From an uncultured bacterium (GTDB lineage: Bacteria > Patescibacteriota > Minisyncoccia > Phycocordibacterales > PALSA-1337): a DNA stretch of 51,816 bases. The stretch covers positions 1 through 51,816 of the forward strand of contig CAIKAN010000051.1 of the NCBI GenBank assembly GCA_903825415.1, in the 5' to 3' direction. The notes below the pieces were generated by a model that saw nothing but the letters and a program-made list of their open reading frames with translations, ran no database searches and had not been told where the DNA came from. Both the position numbers and the translations under genes were made by a program. This document shows, piece after piece, positions 17,388-25,904 of the stretch. Position 1 is the stretch's first letter; each line of letters begins with the position of its first letter.

Positions 17388-19010
17388 TTAATTATTCGAT
17401 CGCTGATATAGACGAGCGCTTGCGTCATTGTCCTTCTTTGGTTTATGAAGAGGTAAAGTCACATAGAATATCGATCCTCTATTCTCCGTCGAATCGAACC
17501 AGAGCTTTCCTCCGGCTTGCTCGACTATCGATCTTGCTATATAGAGGCCGAGACCGGTGCCTTCTGTATCTTTTCCGATCACATTGTCGGCTCGAAATAG
17601 CTTGGTGAATATCTTGTTCTGTTGGTCTTTCGGTATACCATAGCCGGTATCTCTGATCTTCATCAATATATCGCTTCCGTCTATCATGACTGTCGATATG
17701 TAGATCTTTCCGCCATCGGAGGTGTATTTCACGGCATTCGATACTATATTCTGTATGACCATGCGGAGCAGTTTTGGGTCAGTCTTTATGAGAGGTATCT
17801 TCTTGCTGAATGATGAAGTGAGGATGATCCGCTTTTCTGTTATAAGGAGCTTGTGTTCGTCTAGGACGCTTTGGGTCAATTTGACTATATTCGTCGGCTT
17901 GCTTTCGATGATGAGGGTGCCGAGCTCGATGCGCGATACATCGAGCAAGGTATTCACGAGCTCGACCATGCGCTGATTGCCGGCGTAGATCTCTTCTAGG
18001 TATTTCTTTTGATCGGGCGTGACCTTGCCAGCGTCTCCTGCGAGCAGCATCTCGCTGTACCAGTTGACGGTCGAGAGCGGGGTACGGAGCTGGTGCGAAG
18101 CGAGCGAGACGAATTCTGTCTTGGCTTTGTCGATCTCTTTTTCTTTTGTGATATCTCTGAACACTTCGACTGCTCCGACGGTCTTACCGTCTAGGATGAC
18201 TGGAGCGACTATACTGCTAGTAGGGAAGCGGCTCGTATCCTTGCGTATATAATAGAATGGATTGGTGAGGTTTGCGACGAATTTCTCTCCAGAGAGGACT
18301 TGTGTGAGTATCCTTTCCTTGAATGAGACCTTTGTTCCATGGATGTCTTCTCTGGGTACGACTTGGACCATGCTCTTGCCGATGATCTCCTCAGCTTTCC
18401 AACCGAGCATCTCTTCGAATGATTTATTTATATAGTTGATCCGGCCTTCTTTGTCTACTACTACCAGCCCGTCGCCTATGCTGGCCAAGATCGCCTCGCT
18501 CTTGGATCGGATCTGTTCGAGGTCTTTCGTACGCTCCGAGACTTTCTTTTCGAGAGTTTCATAGAGCGATTTGAGCTTCTCTGCAGTTACGACCAATTTA
18601 CGTCTGGCGCTCTCTTTCTCTTTGGCGGTCACCGCCAATTGTTTAGCTGTCACTTCGAGCTTACGCCTAGTGCTCTCTTTTTCTTTAGCTGTCACCGCCA
18701 ATGTTTTGGCAGTCACAACAAGCTTACGCCTAGTACTTTCTTTCTCTTTGGCGGTCACCGCCAATTGTTTAGCTGTCACTTCGAGCTTACGCCTAGTGCT
18801 CTCCTTTTCTTTAGCTGTCACCGCTAGCTGTTTGGCTGTTACTACCAATTTGCGCCTAGTGCTCTCCTTCTCCTTGGCTGTTACCGCCAGTTGTTTGGCT
18901 GTCACAACGAGCTTGCGCCTGATGCCTTCCTTCTCATTCGCCAAAGCCTCGAGCTTACGAGCGATGCCGTCGGCAAGTGTGTCTGTGCGTTTGTCTGGTT
19001 TCATCTGCAT
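17388..19010 (-). CDS. cytoplasmic PAS-domain sensor histidine kinase with an N-terminal 21-aa tandem repeat coiled coil
   Basis: H-box FVSLASHQLRTPLS and G-box GTGLGLYIARSIVEQAGG. A PAS-like region (ILASIGDGLVVVDKEGRINYINKSFEEMLGW). No TM segment. Confidence 0.9.
   Translation of the reverse strand: MQMKPDKRTDTLADGIARKLEALANEKEGIRRKLVVTAKQLAVTAKEKESTRRKLVVTAKQLAVTAKEKESTRRKLEVTAKQLAVTAKEKESTRRKLVVTAKTLAVTAKEKESTRRKLEVTAKQLAVTAKEKESARRKLVVTAEKLKSLYETLEKKVSERTKDLEQIRSKSEAILASIGDGLVVVDKEGRINYINKSFEEMLGWKAEEIIGKSMVQVVPREDIHGTKVSFKERILTQVLSGEKFVANLTNPFYYIRKDTSRFPTSSIVAPVILDGKTVGAVEVFRDITKEKEIDKAKTEFVSLASHQLRTPLSTVNWYSEMLLAGDAGKVTPDQKKYLEEIYAGNQRMVELVNTLLDVSRIELGTLIIESKPTNIVKLTQSVLDEHKLLITEKRIILTSSFSKKIPLIKTDPKLLRMVIQNIVSNAVKYTSDGGKIYISTVMIDGSDILMKIRDTGYGIPKDQQNKIFTKLFRADNVIGKDTEGTGLGLYIARSIVEQAGGKLWFDSTENRGSIFYVTLPLHKPKKDNDASARLYQRSNN
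18567..18920 (-). repeat. 63-bp tandem repeat (about 5.6 units) inside the kinase gene
   Basis: Encodes RRKLVVTAKQLAVTAKEKEST x5 with point variants, plus a partial sixth unit. Confidence 0.9.
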
Positions 19011-19011
19011 A

Positions 19012-19380
19012 TTATTTTAGAAGCTCTCTGACACGCGTGACGATGGTCGCTATCGGCGTATTTGATTTGATGAAGAATTCTTTCGCGCCGAATTTCTCTG
19101 CATGCTTGATATCGTTCTGCTGGCTCAGATTCGTGAGCACTAGTACGGGAGTCTTGATCTTCTCTGTCTTGAGCACGGTGAGCACCGTGAATCCATCCAT
19201 CTTGGGCATTATGAGGTCGAGAAGGATCAGGTCGAACGGGCTTTCTTTGAGCAGCTTGATGCCGTCCTCGCCATTGAATGCGAGCTTTGCCTCGAAGCCG
19301 GCGTGAGTCAGTGTCAATTCCAGGGCGCGGGCTAAGGTCTTCTCGTCTTCTATGATCAGGATCTTTTTTGGTGTATTCAT
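19012..19380 (-). CDS. single-domain response regulator (CheY-like)
   Basis: KILIIEDEKTLA...DLILLDLIMPKMDG...LTN...K. Its stop abuts the kinase start. Confidence 0.9.
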   Translation of the reverse strand: MNTPKKILIIEDEKTLARALELTLTHAGFEAKLAFNGEDGIKLLKESPFDLILLDLIMPKMDGFTVLTVLKTEKIKTPVLVLTNLSQQNDIKHAEKFGAKEFFIKSNTPIATIVTRVRELLK

Positions 19381-19683
19381 TACTTTTTCAGTCTATAGTC
19401 GCATTATTTTTTGTATCTTCAAATGCGGCTACTATATGGCCTGCAGGTGTATTGCCGTTGGACGAGCGAGTATATTACAAGCGCCGACACCATCGTTCAT
19501 GAATGTCCAATGGTGGGCGGGTAGAAGTTGTATTTTATGCTCCGAGGTTTGGAGGATATGCGAACCTGCATAATGAGTCAAAAATCGGACCTATAGAGTG
19601 CTAGAACGAAGTAAGTACTTGATTAAATAACAGTATGTTCTATCATTGTCTAAGTCAGCTAGTATCTTGCTGGATCTTATCAA

Positions 19684-20547
19684 ATGTCCTGGTTCACTCT
19701 AAATATTTTCGGGGTTCTCTCGGTCGCAGCAGCCGAGCTTTTCCAGCAGAATATATTGAATAAGGAAAAGCCGATATCGCCGCGGACTAGCTCTGTTCTT
19801 GGATACTTCATCCAGTCTCTCATCATCTTGCCATTCGCGTATCTTTCTTACAGAAACGATTTCTTTGGCGTCTTTGCTTCTCAAAGGGTCCTTCTATTTC
19901 TGGCAGTGACCATACTCGGCTCATTTGCTACGGTCTTTTATCTGAGAAGCTTCAAGGTGGAGAATATCAGTCTCTCGGGAATTTTCGGCTCATTGTCCAT
20001 AGTCGTCTCTACTATCCTTGGAATCTATTTCTTCAACGAGAGTGTGACCGGCATGAAATTCTTGGGGATAGGCCTTATCATTATCGCCATTTTCAGCTTG
20101 AACTTCAGAAATGCTGTCTTAGAAAAGAATCATTTTTTAGGCCTACTCTCTGGAGCGCTTTTCGGCATCTGCTATACGATCGACAAGGGTCTAGTCGAGA
20201 CGATACCGCCGATCGTCTACATATTCTGGAACTTCTTGTTCCTTTCCTTCTTTGCATTCATCGCGAATCCCAAGGAAGTTATCAGTTCGGCTAGGGGGAA
20301 CATCTCGGGCGTCTATAAGCTGATCATCTTTTCCGGTATCTTCTACCTTTTATATAATATCTTTACCTTCACGGCATACACGGTCGGCGGCGAAGTGGGG
20401 AAAGTCGACGCTATCAATTACGGGCAAGTATTCCTGATCATCCTCTTTGAGTATATTGTGCTCAAGCACCGCAGCTCGCTAGGCCGGAAACTAGTGGCTG
20501 CAGCTATGGCTTTTGCTGGCATCTTCATACTGGGGGTTTATCGATAG
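19684..20547 (+). CDS. EamA/DMT-family transporter
   Basis: 287 aa with about 10 TM spans in two similar halves. Confidence 0.6.
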   Translation: MSWFTLNIFGVLSVAAAELFQQNILNKEKPISPRTSSVLGYFIQSLIILPFAYLSYRNDFFGVFASQRVLLFLAVTILGSFATVFYLRSFKVENISLSGIFGSLSIVVSTILGIYFFNESVTGMKFLGIGLIIIAIFSLNFRNAVLEKNHFLGLLSGALFGICYTIDKGLVETIPPIVYIFWNFLFLSFFAFIANPKEVISSARGNISGVYKLIIFSGIFYLLYNIFTFTAYTVGGEVGKVDAINYGQVFLIILFEYIVLKHRSSLGRKLVAAAMAFAGIFILGVYR

Positions 20548-20567
20548 GAGTGGTATATTTCAAATGT

Positions 20568-21029
20568 ATGAACGATAATGAATTTCTAACACAAGCCATC
20601 GATAAAGCAAAAGAATCTGTCGCTAAGGGCGGATTTCCAGCCGGCGCGGTCGTAGTTAAGGACGGCAAGATCATTGGTTCGGGAATAAGTATAGGTAATA
20701 CATTGTTCGATCCAACAAGTCATGGGGAGATCGCCGCGATCAGAAATGCTTGCGCTAACTTGAAGATGAGCGAGCTTTCTGGAGCTGCGATCTATTCTTC
20801 AATGGAACCATGTTCAATGTGCTTCAGTGCTATTATGTGGGCTGGAATAATGAAGATAGTCTTTGCGTGCTCGAAAGGAAAAGTATCCGAAGAGTACTAT
20901 GGGGGCCACTATCATATCATGACGATAAATGATCAGTTGATTCATCCTATACAACTAGTACATATTCCTGGTGTGGAACAAGAATCTTTGAATGTTGTTC
21001 AGGGGTGGGAGAAGGCAGGGAAGATTTAA
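20568..21029 (+). CDS. CMP/dCMP-type zinc nucleoside/nucleotide deaminase (guanine or tRNA-adenosine deaminase-like)
   Basis: HGE...PCSMC zinc-binding motifs. The ORF-track start is GTG 20550 and the first ATG is 20568, so the start is uncertain. Confidence 0.8.
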   Translation: MNDNEFLTQAIDKAKESVAKGGFPAGAVVVKDGKIIGSGISIGNTLFDPTSHGEIAAIRNACANLKMSELSGAAIYSSMEPCSMCFSAIMWAGIMKIVFACSKGKVSEEYYGGHYHIMTINDQLIHPIQLVHIPGVEQESLNVVQGWEKAGKI

Positions 21030-21044
21030 CCGGGTTATGTAAAC

Positions 21045-21644
21045 ATGTTTAAGATCACATTTATTCACCGGCTGGTCATTCTGAGCTCTTTTATGAGTAT
21101 CGGTGGTTCCGCCATATATATTAGGGATACTGTCGTTGGTAGGGCCAAGCCGAATCGCATCACTTGGTTTCTGTGGGCGATCGCTCCGCTCATAGGGACT
21201 GGCGCTGCAATTACGGCCCATGCCGACCTATGGGCGACTGTACGCGTCTTTCTTGCTGGTTTTATGCCGCTTATTGTCTTCATAGCTTCATTTTTCAATA
21301 AACAAAGTTACTGGAAGCTGAGTAGATTTGATTACCTCTGTGGAGCTTGTTCGCTCGTAGCTATGGTACTTTGGCTTGCTATCGATGTCCCCCGTATAGC
21401 GATATTGTTCGCAGCACTTGGTGATGGACTAGCCGCTTTGCCGACGATCATAAAAGGATGGAAACATCCCGAAACCGAATCGGGCCTGACATTTCTGCTC
21501 GGGTTTATAGGCGTATTGCTTGTACTACCATCTATTCCGGTCTGGAATATAGAGAATTCAGCCTTTCAAATATACTTGCTCATCGCTAATTTCTTTTTGT
21601 TCTTTTCGATATATCGCAAAAGGATATTTAGAATAAAAACATGA
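21045..21644 (+). CDS. hypothetical multi-pass membrane protein
   Basis: 199 aa with 5-6 hydrophobic spans. Confidence 0.5.
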   Translation: MFKITFIHRLVILSSFMSIGGSAIYIRDTVVGRAKPNRITWFLWAIAPLIGTGAAITAHADLWATVRVFLAGFMPLIVFIASFFNKQSYWKLSRFDYLCGACSLVAMVLWLAIDVPRIAILFAALGDGLAALPTIIKGWKHPETESGLTFLLGFIGVLLVLPSIPVWNIENSAFQIYLLIANFFLFFSIYRKRIFRIKT

Positions 21645-21715
21645 AGATATGCTTGCTATTACTTTAACAGGAATAAGGTGTATTACTAAACGTTAACTTT
21701 GCTATAATCAAACCC

Positions 21716-22093
21716 ATGAAGACCAAGATCTCGACCTTGAAAGCTCCTCCCGCCACAGGCCCATTTTCGCATGGAATAATCGCGGGGAATCTGATATTCA
21801 CATCAGGACAGATACATCTGACTGGTGATGGGAAGCTGCTCGATGGTACTATCGAGGAAAAAACAACGCAGGTTATGAAGAATTTGGAAGCTATTTTGAA
21901 AGAAGCGGGCGTAACCTTCAAGGAAGTCGTTAAGACGACTATCTACGTGACGGACATGTCGATTGCTGGAAAAGTCAGTCAGGTCTATGGGACCTATGTA
22001 TCCGAACCATTTCCTGCCAGGGAAATGATCTGTGTCAAAGAATTACCATTAAAGGCTGAAGTAGAGATAAGCATGGTAGCGGTGCTTCCATAA
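21716..22093 (+). CDS. ridA: RidA/YjgF family reactive-intermediate deaminase
   Basis: APPATGPFSHGI..GNLIFTSGQI...KTTIYVTDM...PAR...V..LP..A.VEI. Confidence 0.9.
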   Translation: MKTKISTLKAPPATGPFSHGIIAGNLIFTSGQIHLTGDGKLLDGTIEEKTTQVMKNLEAILKEAGVTFKEVVKTTIYVTDMSIAGKVSQVYGTYVSEPFPAREMICVKELPLKAEVEISMVAVLP

Positions 22094-22102
22094 GCGACGA
22101 CT

Positions 22103-22825
22103 ATGAATCAAGACAATAAACAGCAATATGCCTTAAGTCGTTTCATTAATGTGATAAGGGATCTGTTGAAAAGTCAGGGGTATTTCGACTATCATCTATA
22201 CTCAACGACGAAGTATAGGATTGAAAATACGGATACATTCAAGGTTAAAGATGATCTGTATTTGCGGTATAATCCAGAACCGGATATCTGGCAGGTAGGA
22301 TCGGTTCACGACAAGTTCTTCTGGATAGGGAGCATGTTCAGGGACGAGAAGAAGATCGATAAGCTGCATAGCAATGAATTTACCGTAGTCGATATCTACC
22401 AGTCCCATGGGACGATGGAGCAGGTCGTTGATAAATATCTTGAGATATTAAGAACTTTGGAAAAGGAATTGAAGTTGCCGAATCTCTCCTTGCTGGAGGT
22501 TGATCATATTAGTCACAAAGAATTTTCCAAGTTGGGTAAAGGCAAATCAAATGATAAGCACTGGTTGGTCGTTACGGAATATCCGACAAGGGAGTCGTTC
22601 TATGATCTTCAAGGTGAGTATACTGAGAATACTTTGAAGTTCGAAATATTTTACGTTGATGGCGATAGAGTGATTGAAATTGCAGCTTGTGGCAATCTTG
22701 GATAAAACTTGAATATAACCAATTATATTTCGGGTGAGGCCGATTTCCTAAACAAGGATATCTTACAGAAAAAATTCATAGGTTTTGGCATAGGTTTGGA
22801 AAGATTGGTAAGTCTCTACTATTAA
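22103..22825 (+). pseudogene. minimal class II aminoacyl-tRNA-synthetase-like catalytic core (subclass IIb/EpmA/AsnA-like) interrupted by one in-frame TAA
   Basis: Motif 2-like FRDEKKIDKLHSNEFTVVD lies before the stop at 22703-22705. After the stop the same frame reads NLNITNYISGEADFLNKDILQKKFIGFGIGLERLVSLYY*, with GFGIGLERL as class II motif 3. 723 nt is 241 codons. Confidence 0.7.
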
Positions 22826-22865
22826 AGGTATTGGATATAGAACCTATCTATTATCTACTCCGCTA

Positions 22866-23468
22866 TTAACTCTTTAATAATGTTGGTTGCGCTTTCTCAA
22901 ACTCAAAGAGCTCGGAATCGCGTATCAGGATCGTCTTATTTGTTGTGTATGAGATGCCCTTATTTGGTTGTGTCTCGAAGCCTAAGTACAAACAACTTAT
23001 TTTGCGCCGACGGATCTCCTTGATTGCTGGTTGTAAATCAGAATCCGAGCTTGTCAATATGATCTCCATGACCTTCTTGTCGCAAGCAAGGCTTACCATG
23101 TCCACGGCAATTTTCACATCGACACCCTTTTCTTTAAATACCAATACTTTCTTTCCGTCGTAGCCGTCTTCCATTTGGCCTCTTACTCTGCCGCTTAGTA
23201 TGACCTCAAAACCCTGCGCTTCAAGATGGGTCTTGAGTAGGCGTTGCTCCTCTATAAGCTCCTTTGATTTTTCAATGCTCCGCTCATGCTCTTTGATACG
23301 AGCAAAATAAAATACTTTCTTGTCTATCTTTATATCTTTGAGCACTTTATCAAAAAGACCTCTGAAATCGTATTCGTTCCATACAATCATGGGCTTGCGA
23401 GCCTCCTTGAAGACGGTACGCATTTTGCCTTTTAGATTCTCGCCATCAACCAACAAGATTGTTTGCAT
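22866..23468 (-). CDS. NYN-domain (LabA/DUF88-like) protein, putative RNase
   Basis: ILLVDGENL...GVDVKIAVDM...ILTSSDSDLQPAI pattern of NYN/PIN-like nucleases. Confidence 0.7.
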   Translation of the reverse strand: MQTILLVDGENLKGKMRTVFKEARKPMIVWNEYDFRGLFDKVLKDIKIDKKVFYFARIKEHERSIEKSKELIEEQRLLKTHLEAQGFEVILSGRVRGQMEDGYDGKKVLVFKEKGVDVKIAVDMVSLACDKKVMEIILTSSDSDLQPAIKEIRRRKISCLYLGFETQPNKGISYTTNKTILIRDSELFEFEKAQPTLLKS

Positions 23469-23494
23469 GGCCGTATTCTATCAATAAGTAACGC

Positions 23495-23780
23495 AAAACC
23501 CCAGCGGACCGTGAGGCTGGCTGGGGCGTGTATGTCTACACTCTACTCTTTTGTCTACAAAAGTCAATTGAGTGATTAGGGTTGTGTATACCAAAAGAAT
23601 GCCTGATGGTACTTGGCAGTACCTCTTTTGCTTGCTCCGAGAGCGGGATTCGAGTCTTACAGACTCTGTTCAGGTTTCCCATTTCTTCGCATCCTCCGCT
23701 ATCGCTACGGTTGCTTAGAAATATGGGAAACCTTTTCGAATCCTGACGCGAGTGCCGCAGGGCACTCGCTTCTCCCTCGC
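23495..23780 (-). ncRNA. candidate structured RNA of unknown class, bounded by two terminator hairpins
   Basis: No credible ORF. Minus-strand hairpins at 23748-23769 (9 bp), 23673-23732 (14 bp with a 2-nt bulge) and GAGTC-TGTAA-GACTC. GGATTCGA and TCGAATCC are complementary 8-mers at 23736-23743 and 23646-23653. It ends in CCCCAGC...GCTGGGG TTTT (23495-23526). Confidence 0.3.
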
Positions 23781-23820
23781 AAAATATAAAAAGCACCCTT
23801 TGGGATGCTTTTTATATTTT
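23781..23820 (-). terminator. intrinsic terminator of the island cargo operon
   Basis: AAAATATAAAAAGCA...TGCTTTTTATATTTT palindrome, including a GC-containing core stem and a T-run. Confidence 0.7.
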
Positions 23821-23946
23821 GCTCCGCGTTGCGAATGAAATATCTACCTACTTTAAGACCACAAAGGAGTACCATTACATCCCAAATTTGAAGGATGGCA
23901 TCTATGAACTTACCCGGCCGACGACAGAACAGTTGGCAGCAATCAG

Positions 23947-24219
23947 CTAGTCTTTGAGAGAAATAACCTGCAAGCCCTTGCTATCAATATCTTCTCGAGA
24001 CCAGAATTTTGTAAGATCATCAATTTTCCACTTACCGACATAACCGACAGTCTTCTCGAGTGTTCTACCGGTGTAGTTTTTTGTATTAGGGTCCCATTCG
24101 TTAAGTACAAGAGTGTCTCCTTCAGAAATATCAAAATCATTAAGCCTTAATTCAAAGGTCTTTTTACCATCGACTATTTGCTGAAAGTATTCAGGCCAGA
24201 CTTTTTTCTCTATTTTCAT
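23947..24219 (-). CDS. ASCH-domain protein (DUF3850-like)
   Basis: KVWPEYFQQIVDGKKTFELRLNDFDISEGDTLVLNEWDP...YTGR matches the ASCH/DUF3850 pattern. Confidence 0.7.
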   Translation of the reverse strand: MKIEKKVWPEYFQQIVDGKKTFELRLNDFDISEGDTLVLNEWDPNTKNYTGRTLEKTVGYVGKWKIDDLTKFWSREDIDSKGLQVISLKD

Positions 24220-24239
24220 GATTAAGCTATTCTAGCATT

Positions 24240-24545
24240 TTATTTTTCCTTGCGTGGTCCCCACTGCCAGCGTGGTCTTTCTCCTTTCTTGTAGCAGATA
24301 AAAATAAGAAGAGTGGTCAGTACAATGATCGGCAATCCGAATACCAAGAGATTGCTTCCTGAATCAGGATTTCCTGGTATAGCTTCTTCTCTGTTGAACA
24401 CGAGGGCTATGATTAGCGCGACATATGCAAGAATCACAAGCCAACCCTGCCATTTGACCGGAACCCAGCCCCAGCCATAGAGTTTGGCTTTAAACCAGTG
24501 GCCTTGCGGGTTGTCTTTCAAATATTCTATGTATTCTTTAATCAT
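24240..24545 (-). CDS. small membrane protein (2 TM)
   Basis: 101-aa ORF, 5 nt from the upstream gene. Confidence 0.5.
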   Translation of the reverse strand: MIKEYIEYLKDNPQGHWFKAKLYGWGWVPVKWQGWLVILAYVALIIALVFNREEAIPGNPDSGSNLLVFGLPIIVLTTLLIFICYKKGERPRWQWGPRKEK

Positions 24546-24550
24546 AGTTT

Positions 24551-24862
24551 TTATTGATCCAGTTCACCATCAGTGAATTGGCTATCGATGACTGCTTTAC
24601 GGTACTTCAACATTTCGAGGTCTTTTTTAAGCTCGGCATTTTGCTGTTGCTCCTGTGCGATTACTGTTTCGAGCCCCTGAAGGGAATAGGTAAAACCTTC
24701 CTTCAAGTGTTCTTTGAGGTCTTGCATACCCAATGTTTTCTTTTCAACTTTGAGCCTTGCACCTAAAACAGCCAGCTCCTCATCTGACATTTTTATGTCA
24801 TTTTCTTTTGCGGCAATTTCTGCTATGGCCTGATCGATTAAATGTTGTTTGAGATTTTTCAT
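24551..24862 (-). CDS. coiled-coil hypothetical protein
   Basis: 103 aa, charged, with heptad-like sequence. Confidence 0.5.
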   Translation of the reverse strand: MKNLKQHLIDQAIAEIAAKENDIKMSDEELAVLGARLKVEKKTLGMQDLKEHLKEGFTYSLQGLETVIAQEQQQNAELKKDLEMLKYRKAVIDSQFTDGELDQ

Positions 24863-24946
24863 GGAAGTAAGAAAAGTTGATACGACTATTCTATCACGGA
24901 TGACGAAGATGAAGATTCGTAAGTTATCGTTCGGATAAAATATCAG

Positions 24947-25237
24947 CTATTGAGTAACTGTAACAACCAACCCAATACTTCCCAACACCTTAGCTACCTT
25001 TTCACATTTCTCATTTGAACCTTCACATACTATTACACTTCCAGTACGGTCAGCAAAAAATGCTAGATTATCAGCCCTCTCTTTTGTGCATTGGATAGCT
25101 CTTATAATCTGTAGAGTAACAGCTTCAAAGGTATGACAATTACAATTAAATAAAATAGTTTTCCAACCCGATGAATGGGTCGGATCAGTTGTTAACGTCA
25201 TATTTATCGGACCTATTTTGGTGCCGTCTGTACTCAT
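24947..25237 (-). CDS. ClpS-like (N-degron adaptor fold) protein
   Basis: WKTILFNCNCHTFEAVTLQIIRAIQCTKERADNLAFFADRTGSVIVCEGSNEKCEKVAKVL parallels the ClpS core (v.l.NDd.t.fe.V...l......A......h..G.a.v). Confidence 0.5.
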   Translation of the reverse strand: MSTDGTKIGPINMTLTTDPTHSSGWKTILFNCNCHTFEAVTLQIIRAIQCTKERADNLAFFADRTGSVIVCEGSNEKCEKVAKVLGSIGLVVTVTQ

Positions 25238-25244
25238 AATATTT

Positions 25245-25865
25245 TCAATCTTTCTTTAACATTTTATAAATGCGCTCAGCAGATATAAGTTTATTTTCCT
25301 CATCTACTGCGCTCATTTGACCTTGCACATAATTCACCAAGGCTTCGTCGTTATTACCAACCACTTCTTGTAATGCTCCAAGTGCATAAGCAACTATACT
25401 TTGTCCCTCTTTCTCTACTTTTCCTTGTGCCATTTTTAATATTCCCACAGCCAGTTCATGATCACCCATCTTTTGAGCACTTAGAGAAGCCATACACCAA
25501 GGCGCAGCTTTATAGGGTATTAGGGCAATTTCTTCTGTGAAAGCTTCGTAGGCTTCCTTGTATTTTTCTAGTTCTGTATAGTCTTCACCAATATAACTCC
25601 ATATATAAGGGAAGCGAGGTTCAATTTCTATAACTTTTTTATAGTGTTGAATTGCAGTCTCATAATTTTTTTCTGATTCAGCGATTTTGCCCAGATAAAT
25701 GTAGGCAATACCGTTATTTGGATTGGGTATTAAAAAATTAATACATTTTTCTTTACAGGTATTGTATTCCTTATTCTTAAAATCATCGACGATATCATCA
25801 GGCAAATCTCCTAAAGATTTAAATGTTCCGGTATTGCTCATACACTGAATTTTACTCGATGACAA
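25245..25865 (-). CDS. TPR-repeat protein
   Basis: Repeated A..Y.G.......Y..A...Y.KA.E..P-type 34-aa units (for example YLGKIAESEKNYETAIQHYKKVIEIEP). Confidence 0.8.
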   Translation of the reverse strand: MSSSKIQCMSNTGTFKSLGDLPDDIVDDFKNKEYNTCKEKCINFLIPNPNNGIAYIYLGKIAESEKNYETAIQHYKKVIEIEPRFPYIWSYIGEDYTELEKYKEAYEAFTEEIALIPYKAAPWCMASLSAQKMGDHELAVGILKMAQGKVEKEGQSIVAYALGALQEVVGNNDEALVNYVQGQMSAVDEENKLISAERIYKMLKKD

Positions 25866-25904
25866 GAGCTAAAGTAAAGGATATGAATATGGACTGGATC
25901 ACCA

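Noticed and set aside
18567-18920. A regular 63-bp repeat array as a CRISPR array.
   Set aside because: The units are contiguous with no spacers and lie in frame inside a kinase ORF, encoding a 21-aa coiled-coil repeat.
18571-19020. The 149-aa plus-strand ORF with its own Leu/Ser/Ala repeat.
   Set aside because: It is the antisense reading of the kinase 63-bp repeat. The kinase frame has H-box and G-box continuity.
9221-22705. Two in-frame TAA codons (9221-9223 and 22703-22705) as evidence for TAA reassignment or a variant genetic code.
   Set aside because: TAA is the normal terminator of many well-supported genes here (murA, mreB, hicA, def). Only two genes are affected, so nonsense mutation, strain variation or assembly error is more parsimonious.
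23633-23654. The tRNA-3'-end-like string (minus strand CTCGAATCCCGCTCTCGGAGCA) as the displaced original 3' end of tRNA-Asn, marking the left att site of the island.
   Set aside because: Its T-stem and acceptor strands (CCCGC, TCTCGGA) do not match the tRNA-Asn 5' half (TCCGGAG). Serine recombinases do not generate such duplications. The idea is kept only as a remote possibility.
23495-23780. Identification of the structured intergenic region as tmRNA, RNase P RNA or SRP RNA. GGAUUCGA resembles the tmRNA 5' GGAUUCGAC box.
   Set aside because: There is no tRNA-Ala-like acceptor/T-arm with a matching 3' end and no plausible tag ORF ending in AA-stop. There is no GAGGAAAGUCC (RNase P) and no GGAA/AGCA SRP domain IV motif. 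The class is left unknown.
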